Source: an uncultured bacterium (GTDB lineage Bacteria > Verrucomicrobiota > Verrucomicrobiia > Limisphaerales > JACDHS01). From it: a stretch of 64,000 nucleotides of DNA. Position numbers and translations under genes: made by a program. The stretch is from the NCBI GenBank assembly GCA_966095605.1, contig CBHTTJ010000001.1, forward strand, positions 7,906-71,905, read 5' to 3'. Below are positions 39,687-48,475 of the stretch, in pieces; position 1 is the stretch's first letter; each line of letters starts with the position of its first letter. The notes under the pieces are model-generated. The model did not search any database and was not told where the DNA came from. It saw nothing but the letters and a program-made list of their open reading frames with translations.

Positions 39687-41037
39687 CTCACAGGGCGCGC
39701 ACGGAGTAGGCACACAATTAAACTCACCGCTATCGCGGCTCGTCATGAAAGGCGCGCTTCGCGCGCCAGGCATTCAGTTATCGAGGCTGCTTTGCAGCAT
39801 TCGCACGCTTTGTTCCCGCCTTCCAAGCGTCACGGCCAGCGCTCGTCATTCGCTTTGCCTGCGGCCGCTCGGCCGTGGCTGATCGCTCGCAGGCTCGCGG
39901 CCACCGCGCAAGCCGTGACCCTTGGAACCTTCCCGCGGCCGTGGCCGTCCGCTAGGACCCTGACTCCGAGCTTTGCAGTCGCTCCATTCCGCTTTCGTTC
40001 CGCTGCGCTACACACGCTTCACTCCACTCTCGCAAACATCGGAGACAGGCTTGTTTCCCCAGCTCGGCAAGAGTCTTGGATTTGCTTCGGCTACGGTTCT
40101 CGGGTCCATGAGAGGGAGATTGAGGTGGACCCTGCGAGCCTGTGCCTGCCCAAATCCGGCGACACTTGCTGTCGCTCCCAATTTCAGTCTGACATCTGAT
40201 CGTTCGCGCTCCGCGATGAGCCTTCGGCTTTGCCCCGTCACCCTCAAAGCCACGGCTCTTCGCTTCACGCTGCCGTCAGAAGTCAGAAGGAACGCGTCCC
40301 CGCGAGCCCATTGAAAGCGAACCGCCAATGATTCTTTGCTTCGTTCAGTGGGTGGCATGAAGCACCGGCAAACCGCTACGCTTCTCGCCTGCGCTGCGAG
40401 GCTGGGCGTTTGCCTTGCTTCCCGGCTCAGACACAAGAGCTGTTATGTGCAAAGCCGCCTCAGTGCCGGTATCCGCTGCGCAGAACCTCCGGCACCGAGT
40501 CTCCGCCGTCTCATCGCACGGCACGCGTTCGACGGCCCGGTTCATCGCTACACAACAGCGTCTTGTGTCCAAGCTCGGCTGAGCTGCTGTTACATTCACT
40601 GCTAATCCGGACCTCGCGCTCGTCCGGGCAGTGCCCGCGCCAGCAGCTCAGGCATCCTTCATGCCACCCAGTTTTCACTTTGCAGCTTCGCAGTCAGGCG
40701 GTTCGCATGATGAGGAAATCACAAGCCATTCCGCTTCGCTTCATTCGGGGCAATGCGTTCGCAATGCCAGCGCTCACTACGTTCGATTGAAAGGGAATGG
40801 TGTGACCGCTACGCGGCGATGTTTGCTGATCGGATGTTTGAAATGTTTTCAGGTCGTTTGAGCTTTTCCTGCTTCGTCTCCGTTCTTCGCCCATCACACG
40901 GCCGCTTATCCTGACAGGGGCCTTTCGCGGTGCCCTCTGAAGACTACTCCCGCGGGCCGCCATGTCAGCGCGGCACTCATTTCATGGTGAAGGGCGATAG
41001 ACCGTAGACGAACAGCAAAGCTCAAAAAAAAAAGACC

Positions 41038-41448
41038 ATGAAAACAAAACAAACATCCAATCAGAACAAACAAGTTAACAACAATTCAGAGCTCCAGAGC
41101 CGAGCCGAACAGCTTAGCTCAGCACAGCAAGACAAACTGATTCCAATCGATTTCGACGTGCGTCGACAGAACCGGACATTGCCGACAGACAAGGTTTTGG
41201 CACTTCTGCAAAAGGATGCCCCCCGGTTTTACGAGCTGGCCGAAGTCGTTGGCAAATGGGTGTGGATTCAATTCAAAGAAAAGCAACCACGGGAAGTCAC
41301 AGCAGTTTTGGCTCAGCTTGGTTTCCACTGGAACAATACCCGCCAGGCATGGCAGCACCCGTGCGGCATTTTCCGCAAGGGACCGACCGAAGCTAATCCA
41401 CGCGAGATTTTCGGCAGCCGTTTCGCGGCAGATCACAAAGCAGCCTGA
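41038..41448 (+). CDS. Hypothetical protein
   Basis: 136 aa with protein-like composition ('GKWVWIQFKEKQPREVTAVLAQLGFHWNNTRQAWQHPCG'). No family assigned. Confidence 0.45.
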   Translation: MKTKQTSNQNKQVNNNSELQSRAEQLSSAQQDKLIPIDFDVRRQNRTLPTDKVLALLQKDAPRFYELAEVVGKWVWIQFKEKQPREVTAVLAQLGFHWNNTRQAWQHPCGIFRKGPTEANPREIFGSRFAADHKAA

Positions 41449-41491
41449 ACCAATCGGGGCGGAGAAATTCGCCCCCATTCTTTTCAACACT

Positions 41492-41893
41492 ATGAACAAT
41501 GAGCAAAACGAATCGCCCTTTGGCGAAGTGATCTTCAGCTACACCCGTTCACAAGCCGTCGCCGACGGCATGCAGGTCGAAGTGACGAAGACCGCGCAGG
41601 AAGCCGGAATCCGCTTTCCGGTATTCCTTACGCGCACGGTGTTCGATGCGTACGTTTCCGTCCCTCCGAATGTTTCCGGCCAAGACGAAGCAGGCCGATT
41701 GTGGGACATCGTCTGGATGTTGCGCCACGCTATCCAACGCAGCCGCACCGGAGTCGATCGCATTCCCGTCGCTCTCTACGTCCGCAACGACGACCGAGCC
41801 GCAAAGCTGGTTAAGCTCATTGCAACTTGTGGCCCGCTCGACATCGACGACCCACAACCAGCCATCACCGTAATGATGCCCGACGAGGATTGA
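41492..41893 (+). CDS. Hypothetical protein
   Basis: Start moved to the ATG at 41492 ('MNNEQNESPFGEVIFSYTRSQAVADGMQVEVTK...GQDEAGRLWDIVWML'). Resembles small proteins seen on plasmids/ICEs (memory only). Confidence 0.45.
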   Translation: MNNEQNESPFGEVIFSYTRSQAVADGMQVEVTKTAQEAGIRFPVFLTRTVFDAYVSVPPNVSGQDEAGRLWDIVWMLRHAIQRSRTGVDRIPVALYVRNDDRAAKLVKLIATCGPLDIDDPQPAITVMMPDED

Positions 41894-41895
41894 AC

Positions 41896-42237
41896 ATGAG
41901 CCAGGCATTATTTTCGTTCGAACAGTCAGTTCTCGACGCCGAGCAAGCAGATCGAGACGCCAAAGCCGCTGCGAAAGCAGCGGCCTTGGCCGCTCGCGAA
42001 GCAGAGAAACGACAAGAGGAGATCGATAAAGCCAGCCGACGACGCGACCGAGCGGAGAAATACCGAATCCGAAACACTGTGCAATGGGCGGCCTGCGGAA
42101 TCCGCCTTTACAACCGAAACGCCTATAGCGGTTGCGGATGGACGCATTGTCACCACTGCGGCGCAGTCCTTCGGTATTTCGATCTAATTGGCGACGCCCA
42201 GGAAGACGCAAAGAAGCGAGAATGTAAACGCGTTTAA
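41896..42237 (+). CDS. Hypothetical Cys/His-cluster protein
   Basis: Start at the ATG at 41896, 2 nt after the upstream stop. Charged coiled-coil N-terminus, then 'CGIRLYNRNAYSGCGWTHCHHCG'. Confidence 0.4.
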   Translation: MSQALFSFEQSVLDAEQADRDAKAAAKAAALAAREAEKRQEEIDKASRRRDRAEKYRIRNTVQWAACGIRLYNRNAYSGCGWTHCHHCGAVLRYFDLIGDAQEDAKKRECKRV

Positions 42238-42403
42238 TCGCAACAACTCAAGCCGCCGCAAAAAATCGCGGCGGCTTCGCCGCGTACGCAGCTCAGCCGC
42301 AAAACATTTTTCTGGGCCTCCTGCCGGCCCAGACCCGCACGCCAAAGGCAATGCCTCTGGACGCCGCTGAGGCCAATTGGAATGCCAGTGAGCGATTGAC
42401 CGG

Positions 42404-43177
42404 ATGACGCATCTTTCGTGTAATCAGACGCATCGTATGGCCATATTACAGACTCGAATCTTTGCAAAGCACACAGAACCCTGGGATTGGGCTGAAACAC
42501 TCATTGGACGTGTTTTGAAACCTTTGACGAGAGAATACTGCAGCCAATTGGAATGGTTTTGGTTCTCTCGCTACGTATGCCAAATTGGTATGGCAGGTGA
42601 AGATAAAGGAGACTGCGATTTCGACAGCATCCCGCAGATTTTCAAAGGCCATTTCCCTCAGACCAGCATAGCAGGCCACCGGAGTCTCCGATTTCGTTTT
42701 CAACTCGACGATGAAGTTAAAGATCAGTTTGAACAGCGTCTCCGCGAGCTCTTGGCTACCTTTGACTATGCGATTTCCGATGTAAGGTCTTACGACGAGG
42801 TCGCTGACACTGGTAGCGAGAGATTTCTGGGTGCCGAAAATGCACTTTCGAACCGAGCGCCAGTCCGTGCCCGCCTGGTGACTCAGATCTATCACACCAC
42901 GAGCCAGCTGCTTTTGGACACGTTGGTTGGCCCAGATGCAGATGGTCGCTATCGCGTCGAAAACAACGAACTTAGAAATCAGAATCCTAACGGATGCACT
43001 TTTGAATCCGTCCATCATGTGTTCTGTAATATCTCATCAGTGCCCACATCTATTCTATTTCGCAACCAAGCAGGGCAACAATCGTTGCATGGCACTTACT
43101 GGGGCAAACCAAGAGGCTCCAGAGACATTTCAAGTTCGAACGGCGAAACGTTCACGGAAGTTTACATACCATACTGA
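42404..43177 (+). CDS. Hypothetical protein with SpaB_C / thiopeptide-type bacteriocin biosynthesis domain-like motifs
   Basis: 'LEWFWFSRYV', 'HRSLRFRFQL' and 'SYDEVADTGSERFLG' resemble the wFFxRY / HLRLR / YxPExxRYGG landmarks of Lant_dehydr_C. Confidence 0.35.
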   Translation: MTHLSCNQTHRMAILQTRIFAKHTEPWDWAETLIGRVLKPLTREYCSQLEWFWFSRYVCQIGMAGEDKGDCDFDSIPQIFKGHFPQTSIAGHRSLRFRFQLDDEVKDQFEQRLRELLATFDYAISDVRSYDEVADTGSERFLGAENALSNRAPVRARLVTQIYHTTSQLLLDTLVGPDADGRYRVENNELRNQNPNGCTFESVHHVFCNISSVPTSILFRNQAGQQSLHGTYWGKPRGSRDISSSNGETFTEVYIPY

Positions 43178-43210
43178 GTCGTACCACACATCAAAGGAAC
43201 AACGTTCAAT

Positions 43211-44638
43211 TTATACACCCCTCAACTTCCTTTGCGTAATCGCGCGCGTCTTCGTTGCAACCAGGTAACGAAACGCATCCGCGGCATCATCCCCGCCAGC
43301 CCCATCTTCATCCGCGTCGACTTTCAGAACATCTTCGGGCCTGTTCGGGTCATGCTGAAGTGACGGAAGTGATTCGAGCAACCGCGCACAACGCCGATGA
43401 ATGAACAGCGTCGGCCTGATGCCTGCGTCTACATCGCCGAACCGCTGCAAAATTTCCGCCCACCCGTTGATCCGGTCCGTGTTCGCACAGCGCAAGGTGA
43501 TACCTTGCCGCGCATACTGCGCCGCGACGGTAGTTCCGTCGCTCTGTTTGCTGAACACGTCCGCGCCCGCCACAAACCGTTTCAAATCTGAAATCTCTAA
43601 TGGCCGCGTCTGCCCATTGGCCATTTGCAATCGGCTATTGGCTATGCGCCGCCGTCCGACCATAGCCTTGATTGCCTCCGCATGCCGCTGTGGCAACCAA
43701 AGCCTTTGCGCATGTTCATCGACAATGAAAATGTTCCCATCGCCATCCGTGCAACCAAGCAGGCAAACGGTGTAATGCGTGAACCCGTAATCCAAACCGG
43801 CAAACCATTCGCGCGCGCGAGTGTCGTCGAAATCGTCGATCACATGCACATCACGACGAAACGTCGTGAAGAACTGGCCAGCCGCAATGTCCCAATCGCC
43901 ATCAAACCACGCGCGTTTCTGCCACCCCGTTAAATTCGCCAGGACTTTCGTGTATTCCGGATTGTTGAAACGATTGCCGCCGACTTTTGCGGGAACGAAA
44001 CGCGTCTCCCTTTCGCGACCTTCCGCAAACGGCACGATGAACTTCGCTCGATACCAGGCATGACCGATCCCACCCGGGTTTGTGGTCGAATAGATCCTCG
44101 GCCGCCAATTCGGCTTCGATGTTCGGCAACACGTCGAAATATCCTGATGCTTCCGCGACGACAACGTCGTCGCTTCCTCGATCCCAATCACGTCGTATTC
44201 CAACCCAAGGTAAGCATCGATGTCCTTTTCGGCCTGAAAGTGCCCGGCAATGATCCGCGAGCCATTGGAAAAGGACAGCACACCTCGATAAGCCGAGAAC
44301 TCATGGCTCAAGTTGCCGAATAACCGCCGCCGCAGATCCTCAAAGTTCTCCATGTTCGCTTTTCCAACTTTGCGCAAAAGCAAACACTTCAGTCCAGGCA
44401 CACGCTGACAATCATCCGCCCCCATTTGTGCGAGCAACCAATGCGACTTCCCACCGCCGCGCGCGCCGCCGTATCCGACTGCCGTCGGTCCGTCGGCGCG
44501 ATCACACAGTCGAGCGGCCGCACTCGCCATGAGTTGCCGTTCCTGAAGCACAATGTTCGCCCGTTCGAAATTGTGCATTTGATCCTTCGGACAGCCCGCC
44601 CGCCGTCCGACGTAGAAGTAACGTTCCCAAGGCGTCAT
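43211..44638 (-). CDS. terL: Phage terminase large subunit
   Basis: Walker A 'GGARGGGKSHWLL', 'VIGIEEAT' Walker B-like, C-terminal nuclease-region acidic motifs. 475 aa. Confidence 0.8.
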   Translation of the reverse strand: MTPWERYFYVGRRAGCPKDQMHNFERANIVLQERQLMASAAARLCDRADGPTAVGYGGARGGGKSHWLLAQMGADDCQRVPGLKCLLLRKVGKANMENFEDLRRRLFGNLSHEFSAYRGVLSFSNGSRIIAGHFQAEKDIDAYLGLEYDVIGIEEATTLSSRKHQDISTCCRTSKPNWRPRIYSTTNPGGIGHAWYRAKFIVPFAEGRERETRFVPAKVGGNRFNNPEYTKVLANLTGWQKRAWFDGDWDIAAGQFFTTFRRDVHVIDDFDDTRAREWFAGLDYGFTHYTVCLLGCTDGDGNIFIVDEHAQRLWLPQRHAEAIKAMVGRRRIANSRLQMANGQTRPLEISDLKRFVAGADVFSKQSDGTTVAAQYARQGITLRCANTDRINGWAEILQRFGDVDAGIRPTLFIHRRCARLLESLPSLQHDPNRPEDVLKVDADEDGAGGDDAADAFRYLVATKTRAITQRKLRGV

Positions 44639-45204
44639 TTCGGCACCTCAACCTGTTTTACCTCCACGTCGACGATCTCGGCGGGCAACGGTTGCCCATA
44701 AATTTTGTCCAGCGCCACCGCGACCTCCACACGAACCGTCGGCAAATCATCGCCTTTCCGCTTGTCACCATCGCCAAGGCCTGTTGCCAATCGGCCCAGC
44801 TTGCTGGCGATCTCCAGCATCCGAGCAATATCGGAGAGGTTCGCATAAACCTTTTCCCTCGCCATGAAAGCAGCCAACCCGCGTTTCGCTGCACCAATCG
44901 CTTCGCGGTGCAGTTCCCATTCTTCTTCTCGCAATTCCTGTTCGCGCTTTTCCCATTCAGCCGCCTTGCCACGGGCAGCGGCTTCCATCGCTTCGCGTTC
45001 CACCATGGCGAGATGCGCACCATGCGCAGCCAATCTGGATTGCCAGTCGTATTTTGCAGACCAGCGCTTCACCAGCTGTGCACTCTTGGACAACTTTTGG
45101 GCTACCTCCGCAATGGATCTTTCCGGCCCAAGACTTAAATAAAGGGAAAAGGCAGCAAACGCTTTTTCAGACTCTCTGGGTTGTTGTTCAAACGGTAACG
45201 GCAT
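44635..45204 (-). CDS. Terminase small subunit-like HTH protein
   Basis: Start at the ATG at 45204 ('MPLPFEQQPRESEKAFAAFSLYLSLGPERSIAEVAQKLSKSAQLVKRWSAKYDW'), then a coiled coil. 4-nt overlap with terL. Confidence 0.55.
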   Translation of the reverse strand: MPLPFEQQPRESEKAFAAFSLYLSLGPERSIAEVAQKLSKSAQLVKRWSAKYDWQSRLAAHGAHLAMVEREAMEAAARGKAAEWEKREQELREEEWELHREAIGAAKRGLAAFMAREKVYANLSDIARMLEIASKLGRLATGLGDGDKRKGDDLPTVRVEVAVALDKIYGQPLPAEIVDVEVKQVEVPK

Positions 45205-45350
45205 AAGTCTCCTTGTGAGCACTGACAGGGCAATTCCAACGGCAGTGAGGAAGGGAAACCCGACCTCAGGGAGGGTTTCTCCTTCCACTGCCTGTTTACC
45301 TATATAGGTGCATATATCTATATAAGGATGTTGCACTCCTGCACTTCGTA

Positions 45351-46391
45351 TCATTCTGCCCTCCAGTACAGGCCTCCACCGGACCGAATCAGTCCGGCTT
45401 CAGTTAATCTTTCGAGATAATTCGCGGTAGTTCGTCGGCTCATCCCCAGTCCGGCTTCGGCATCCCGCACCACGGCCGTAAACGGCTTTCCTTTGTCGCC
45501 TAAAACTGTGTCGATGAACTCCTTATCTGAGCAGATTTTGTTTTTCGCTTGTGGACGCCTGAGCGCACCGGGATTCAAATCTTTCGCAATCCGCATCAGC
45601 GGAAACTCCCAGGACACGACGAATTCAGGCAGTTGCGGCAGGTTGCGCAGGATCGAGGTAACAGTGAAACAGTTCTCCTCCTCGTGAGGTGTCAGCACAA
45701 CGATGCTGTCCGGATCACGCGCCCAGGCACCGGCTCCACTCATACGATCCAGCGCACTCTTGCTCGTGCTGTCTCCTTTCGCGAAATGATGTGCCACCAC
45801 GATCGAAGCTCCGGAACTCTGCGCCATCGCTTCCAGCTCATTCATGAGCCCGGCAATCTCGCCGTTCGCATTTTCGTCACGATCGCCAAGCACCTTGTAT
45901 GCAGGATCGAGGATGATGAGCCCGAACTGATGTCGTTCCAGTTGCTGCTCCAGCTTCGGTCGCAATGTCGTCAAATCCGCGTTCTTCCCACGCAAATTCC
46001 ACACGGCCAAGGTCTCACCGAGGCCTTTGCACTCCGGTCGGCCGGAACAAATCGCATTGATCCGTTGTCCGAGCGCCCAGTCGTGCAGTTCGAAATTGAT
46101 GTAAACCACCGGCATTTTCGTGCATTGCCGTCCCCACCACGGCTGACCGCTGGCCACGCTGACCGCCAGATCGAGCAGGCACCATGACTTGTTTGATTTT
46201 GAAGTGCCGCCCAGAATCATTTTGCACCCTTGATGCAGGATTCCTTCGATGATTTGAGGCGGTGGCGCAGGAACATCCGCAGCGAAGTCCCGCAAAAACT
46301 GAATTTCCGGCAAAGGCGCCGGCTCAATCTTGAAAGCCACCGCGATGTCGACCTGTTCGGTTGAAGGCTTCATGTGTTGTCCCGCAACCAA
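45351..46391 (-). CDS. RecA-like (AAA_25/RepA-type) replicative NTPase with C-terminal wHTH
   Basis: P-loop 'ILGGTSKSNKSWCLLDLAVSVASGQPWWG', Walker B 'FGLIILDPAYK', C-terminal 'MSRRTTANYLERLTEAGLIR'. Confidence 0.55.
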   Translation of the reverse strand: MVAGQHMKPSTEQVDIAVAFKIEPAPLPEIQFLRDFAADVPAPPPQIIEGILHQGCKMILGGTSKSNKSWCLLDLAVSVASGQPWWGRQCTKMPVVYINFELHDWALGQRINAICSGRPECKGLGETLAVWNLRGKNADLTTLRPKLEQQLERHQFGLIILDPAYKVLGDRDENANGEIAGLMNELEAMAQSSGASIVVAHHFAKGDSTSKSALDRMSGAGAWARDPDSIVVLTPHEEENCFTVTSILRNLPQLPEFVVSWEFPLMRIAKDLNPGALRRPQAKNKICSDKEFIDTVLGDKGKPFTAVVRDAEAGLGMSRRTTANYLERLTEAGLIRSGGGLYWRAE

Positions 46392-47365
46392 ATGACTTTT
46401 TGAAGTTTCCCTTCGCGCCAGGCACCCGGCACACGAACGGGTTGCGAATACGTAAAGACCTTCGGATCACACCCAAAGACGACAAGGCCCGCCTTCAATC
46501 GCTCTTCAAACAGTTTGTTTCGCGGCGCATCAAACCACGCATGCAGCGATTTGCCCCCCGTATCGATGATGCAATGCAGCCGATACTTCAGCCGCCTGCG
46601 CAAATACGCGAACACAGCCCCGACCTGGTCTTTTCCAAGAGTGTCCGATTCAATGACCATGAACCGGTATCCCTCGAGGTTTTCATTCGTCCTGCTGTGG
46701 CTCCCCGGTTTGAATGCCGAACCACAGGTGAAGTTCCCAAGGGCGGGACCGATTTGATACCATTCCGGAATCGGCCGGAAATGCGTCCGATGCTCCGGTC
46801 TACCGGAGCTATAAAGGTCACCGATCCAAATGTGACAATGCGCCGGCCAAAGTTTCAGCCAGGTGCGGAACTGGTCTTCGGGATCTCGCTCGCTCACCTG
46901 CAAAGGCGAATCCTGCAAAATCTGCTCAACCGGCCAGCGAAAGACTTCAAACAACTCAGGCTTAAATCGTTCTGCCTTGGCCCTTACCATCTCGAGCACA
47001 ACCGCTTCGTTCGGCATCTCCCCGGCAAACTTCGCGCCCAACTCAGCCTCAGCTCGCGAAATCACGCACCCGTTCGATTGCAAGACATCGCCACTGCGCA
47101 GCACGTCTCCACTCGGAAGCTGCAGTTCCCACGGCGTCGCGCCAAGTTCACGCCGGAAACGTCGGTTGACCTCCTCCACGGCAGCAACACAGGAGGCATG
47201 AAAGCAATAGATCGTCGGAGCGCCATCGAGGCTGACCCGACAATCCTTTTTCCCGGTTCGCATCGTGTGCAAGGCTTCACCTGGGCAATGACAAAAGCCG
47301 GTGAGTTCGTTTTGCCAATCGATAGCGCCAAGAATTCCCGCAGCAATGTGACGTGGATCTCTCAT
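46370..47365 (-). CDS. Primase-polymerase (AEP-like) with N-terminal zinc-binding motif
   Basis: 'CHCPGEALH...CRVSLDGAPTIYCFHASC' Cys/His cluster. 'FMVIESD' and 'IIDTGGKSLHAWF' resemble AEP motifs I and II. Confidence 0.45.
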   Translation of the reverse strand: MRDPRHIAAGILGAIDWQNELTGFCHCPGEALHTMRTGKKDCRVSLDGAPTIYCFHASCVAAVEEVNRRFRRELGATPWELQLPSGDVLRSGDVLQSNGCVISRAEAELGAKFAGEMPNEAVVLEMVRAKAERFKPELFEVFRWPVEQILQDSPLQVSERDPEDQFRTWLKLWPAHCHIWIGDLYSSGRPEHRTHFRPIPEWYQIGPALGNFTCGSAFKPGSHSRTNENLEGYRFMVIESDTLGKDQVGAVFAYLRRRLKYRLHCIIDTGGKSLHAWFDAPRNKLFEERLKAGLVVFGCDPKVFTYSQPVRVPGAWREGKLQKVIWLRDNT

Positions 47366-47389
47366 GCAGAAAATTGTGTGGATTCGGGG

Positions 47390-47632
47390 CTAAAACTTGA
47401 GCTCAGGCTCACAATGCTGTTTTGCTGCACGAATGAAATCGGCGGGCCGCTTTAAAATCTGCCGGGCAACGTTTTCGGGGACGTAGAAGAAATTCCGCGC
47501 ACAGTATTTCTGCTCGATAAACCGCACAATCATCTCCTCAACGTGCGGATCGCCTCCAAGAAGTCGGTGCAGACGTTCAACCGTCTGCACCGACAATCGG
47601 CCCGTCGCTGGATTGATCAGGGTTGGTTCCAT
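47390..47632 (-). CDS. Hypothetical small protein
   Basis: 80-aa ORF abutting the upstream gene stop (47633). Confidence 0.35.
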   Translation of the reverse strand: MEPTLINPATGRLSVQTVERLHRLLGGDPHVEEMIVRFIEQKYCARNFFYVPENVARQILKRPADFIRAAKQHCEPELKF

Positions 47633-48427
47633 TTAGGCCGCAAGTTTCAGAGGTGCGCTCGGGTCGTAAGCTTTCTCGATGATCCACAAGCGCCGCGCCG
47701 CTTCGAAAGCTTCCACGCCCCGTTCGATCTCTTCTTCTGTCCAAAGATGTTCCACCGGAGCGGAAACTTCTTTCGAGTTCACGATGAGATTCATGCAACG
47801 CACCGGCTGGCCGAGCGCTTTGCGATACGCGGCGAGTTGATACGCCCAAGATTTGTAAGCCGTCGCTTTCGCGCCAGGCTTCACGCCTTGGGTTTTGATG
47901 TCGACGAGCGTCAGCCCATGCTCGGTATGTTCGATCAAGAGATCGGCCGTGCCGGCGAACCCGAGCTCGCCATGCACGAGCACTTTCTCGGTCCAAACCA
48001 GCTTCGCTGCTTTCGCCTGATACCAATCTCGATACAGATGCAGCCACGCTGCCGCCGGGTGTTGCGGATCCACTTCGAGTGTGTTCGCAATGCGTTCCGC
48101 ACCGTGATGAAACGCCGTGCCGAAATCGGCCGCGCCATCACGTGTCGTGAGCGAATCCGAGACGACGCGTTTTGCAAACGCATCTTCGGTTTCGCCTGCG
48201 ATGCGCGGCAAAGTCAGGGCAGCAAGCACCGCTTGCTCCTGTAACCACGATGTCAGTTCCGGCTTCGCGATCACACCAATGATGTTCGTGACACTCGGGA
48301 CAAGGTTCAGCTTGCGCGCATCGCGCAGCGTCGTTGCACGCGCTTCGCCTTTCAGCGAAAGTACCGTGTGCATCGCGACTCCGTCGCGTCCGTACCAATG
48401 AGCTGCATCAGGAGAAAATAATTTCAT
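47633..48427 (-). CDS. PD-(D/E)XK exonuclease (YqaJ/Cas4-like recombination nuclease)
   Basis: 'GTAFHHGAE' and 'FAGTADLLIEHTEHGLTLVDIKTQ' give the D...(D/E)xK core. Confidence 0.6.
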   Translation of the reverse strand: MKLFSPDAAHWYGRDGVAMHTVLSLKGEARATTLRDARKLNLVPSVTNIIGVIAKPELTSWLQEQAVLAALTLPRIAGETEDAFAKRVVSDSLTTRDGAADFGTAFHHGAERIANTLEVDPQHPAAAWLHLYRDWYQAKAAKLVWTEKVLVHGELGFAGTADLLIEHTEHGLTLVDIKTQGVKPGAKATAYKSWAYQLAAYRKALGQPVRCMNLIVNSKEVSAPVEHLWTEEEIERGVEAFEAARRLWIIEKAYDPSAPLKLAA

Positions 48428-48475
48428 GGGATGATGTCGTCTTCAGGATGTTGATATTTGGCCGTCTGCAAAGAC

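Noticed and set aside
39401-40963. About a dozen overlapping ORFs (61-206 aa) on both strands and in several frames.
   Set aside because: They are mutually exclusive and low-complexity (R/S/A/P-rich) with no motifs. A GC-rich, stop-poor sequence explains them best. The tract is treated as non-coding (see finding).
46361-48244. Long + strand ORFs (46361-47455, 364 aa; 47543-48244, 233 aa) antisense to the primase and exonuclease genes. Similar antisense ORFs include 2725-3438, 24317-24820, 42446-43018, 45549-46187, 55803-56318 and 58852-59418.
   Set aside because: These are shadow ORFs opposite genes with clear family motifs. They are Arg/Pro/Ser-rich and lack motifs.
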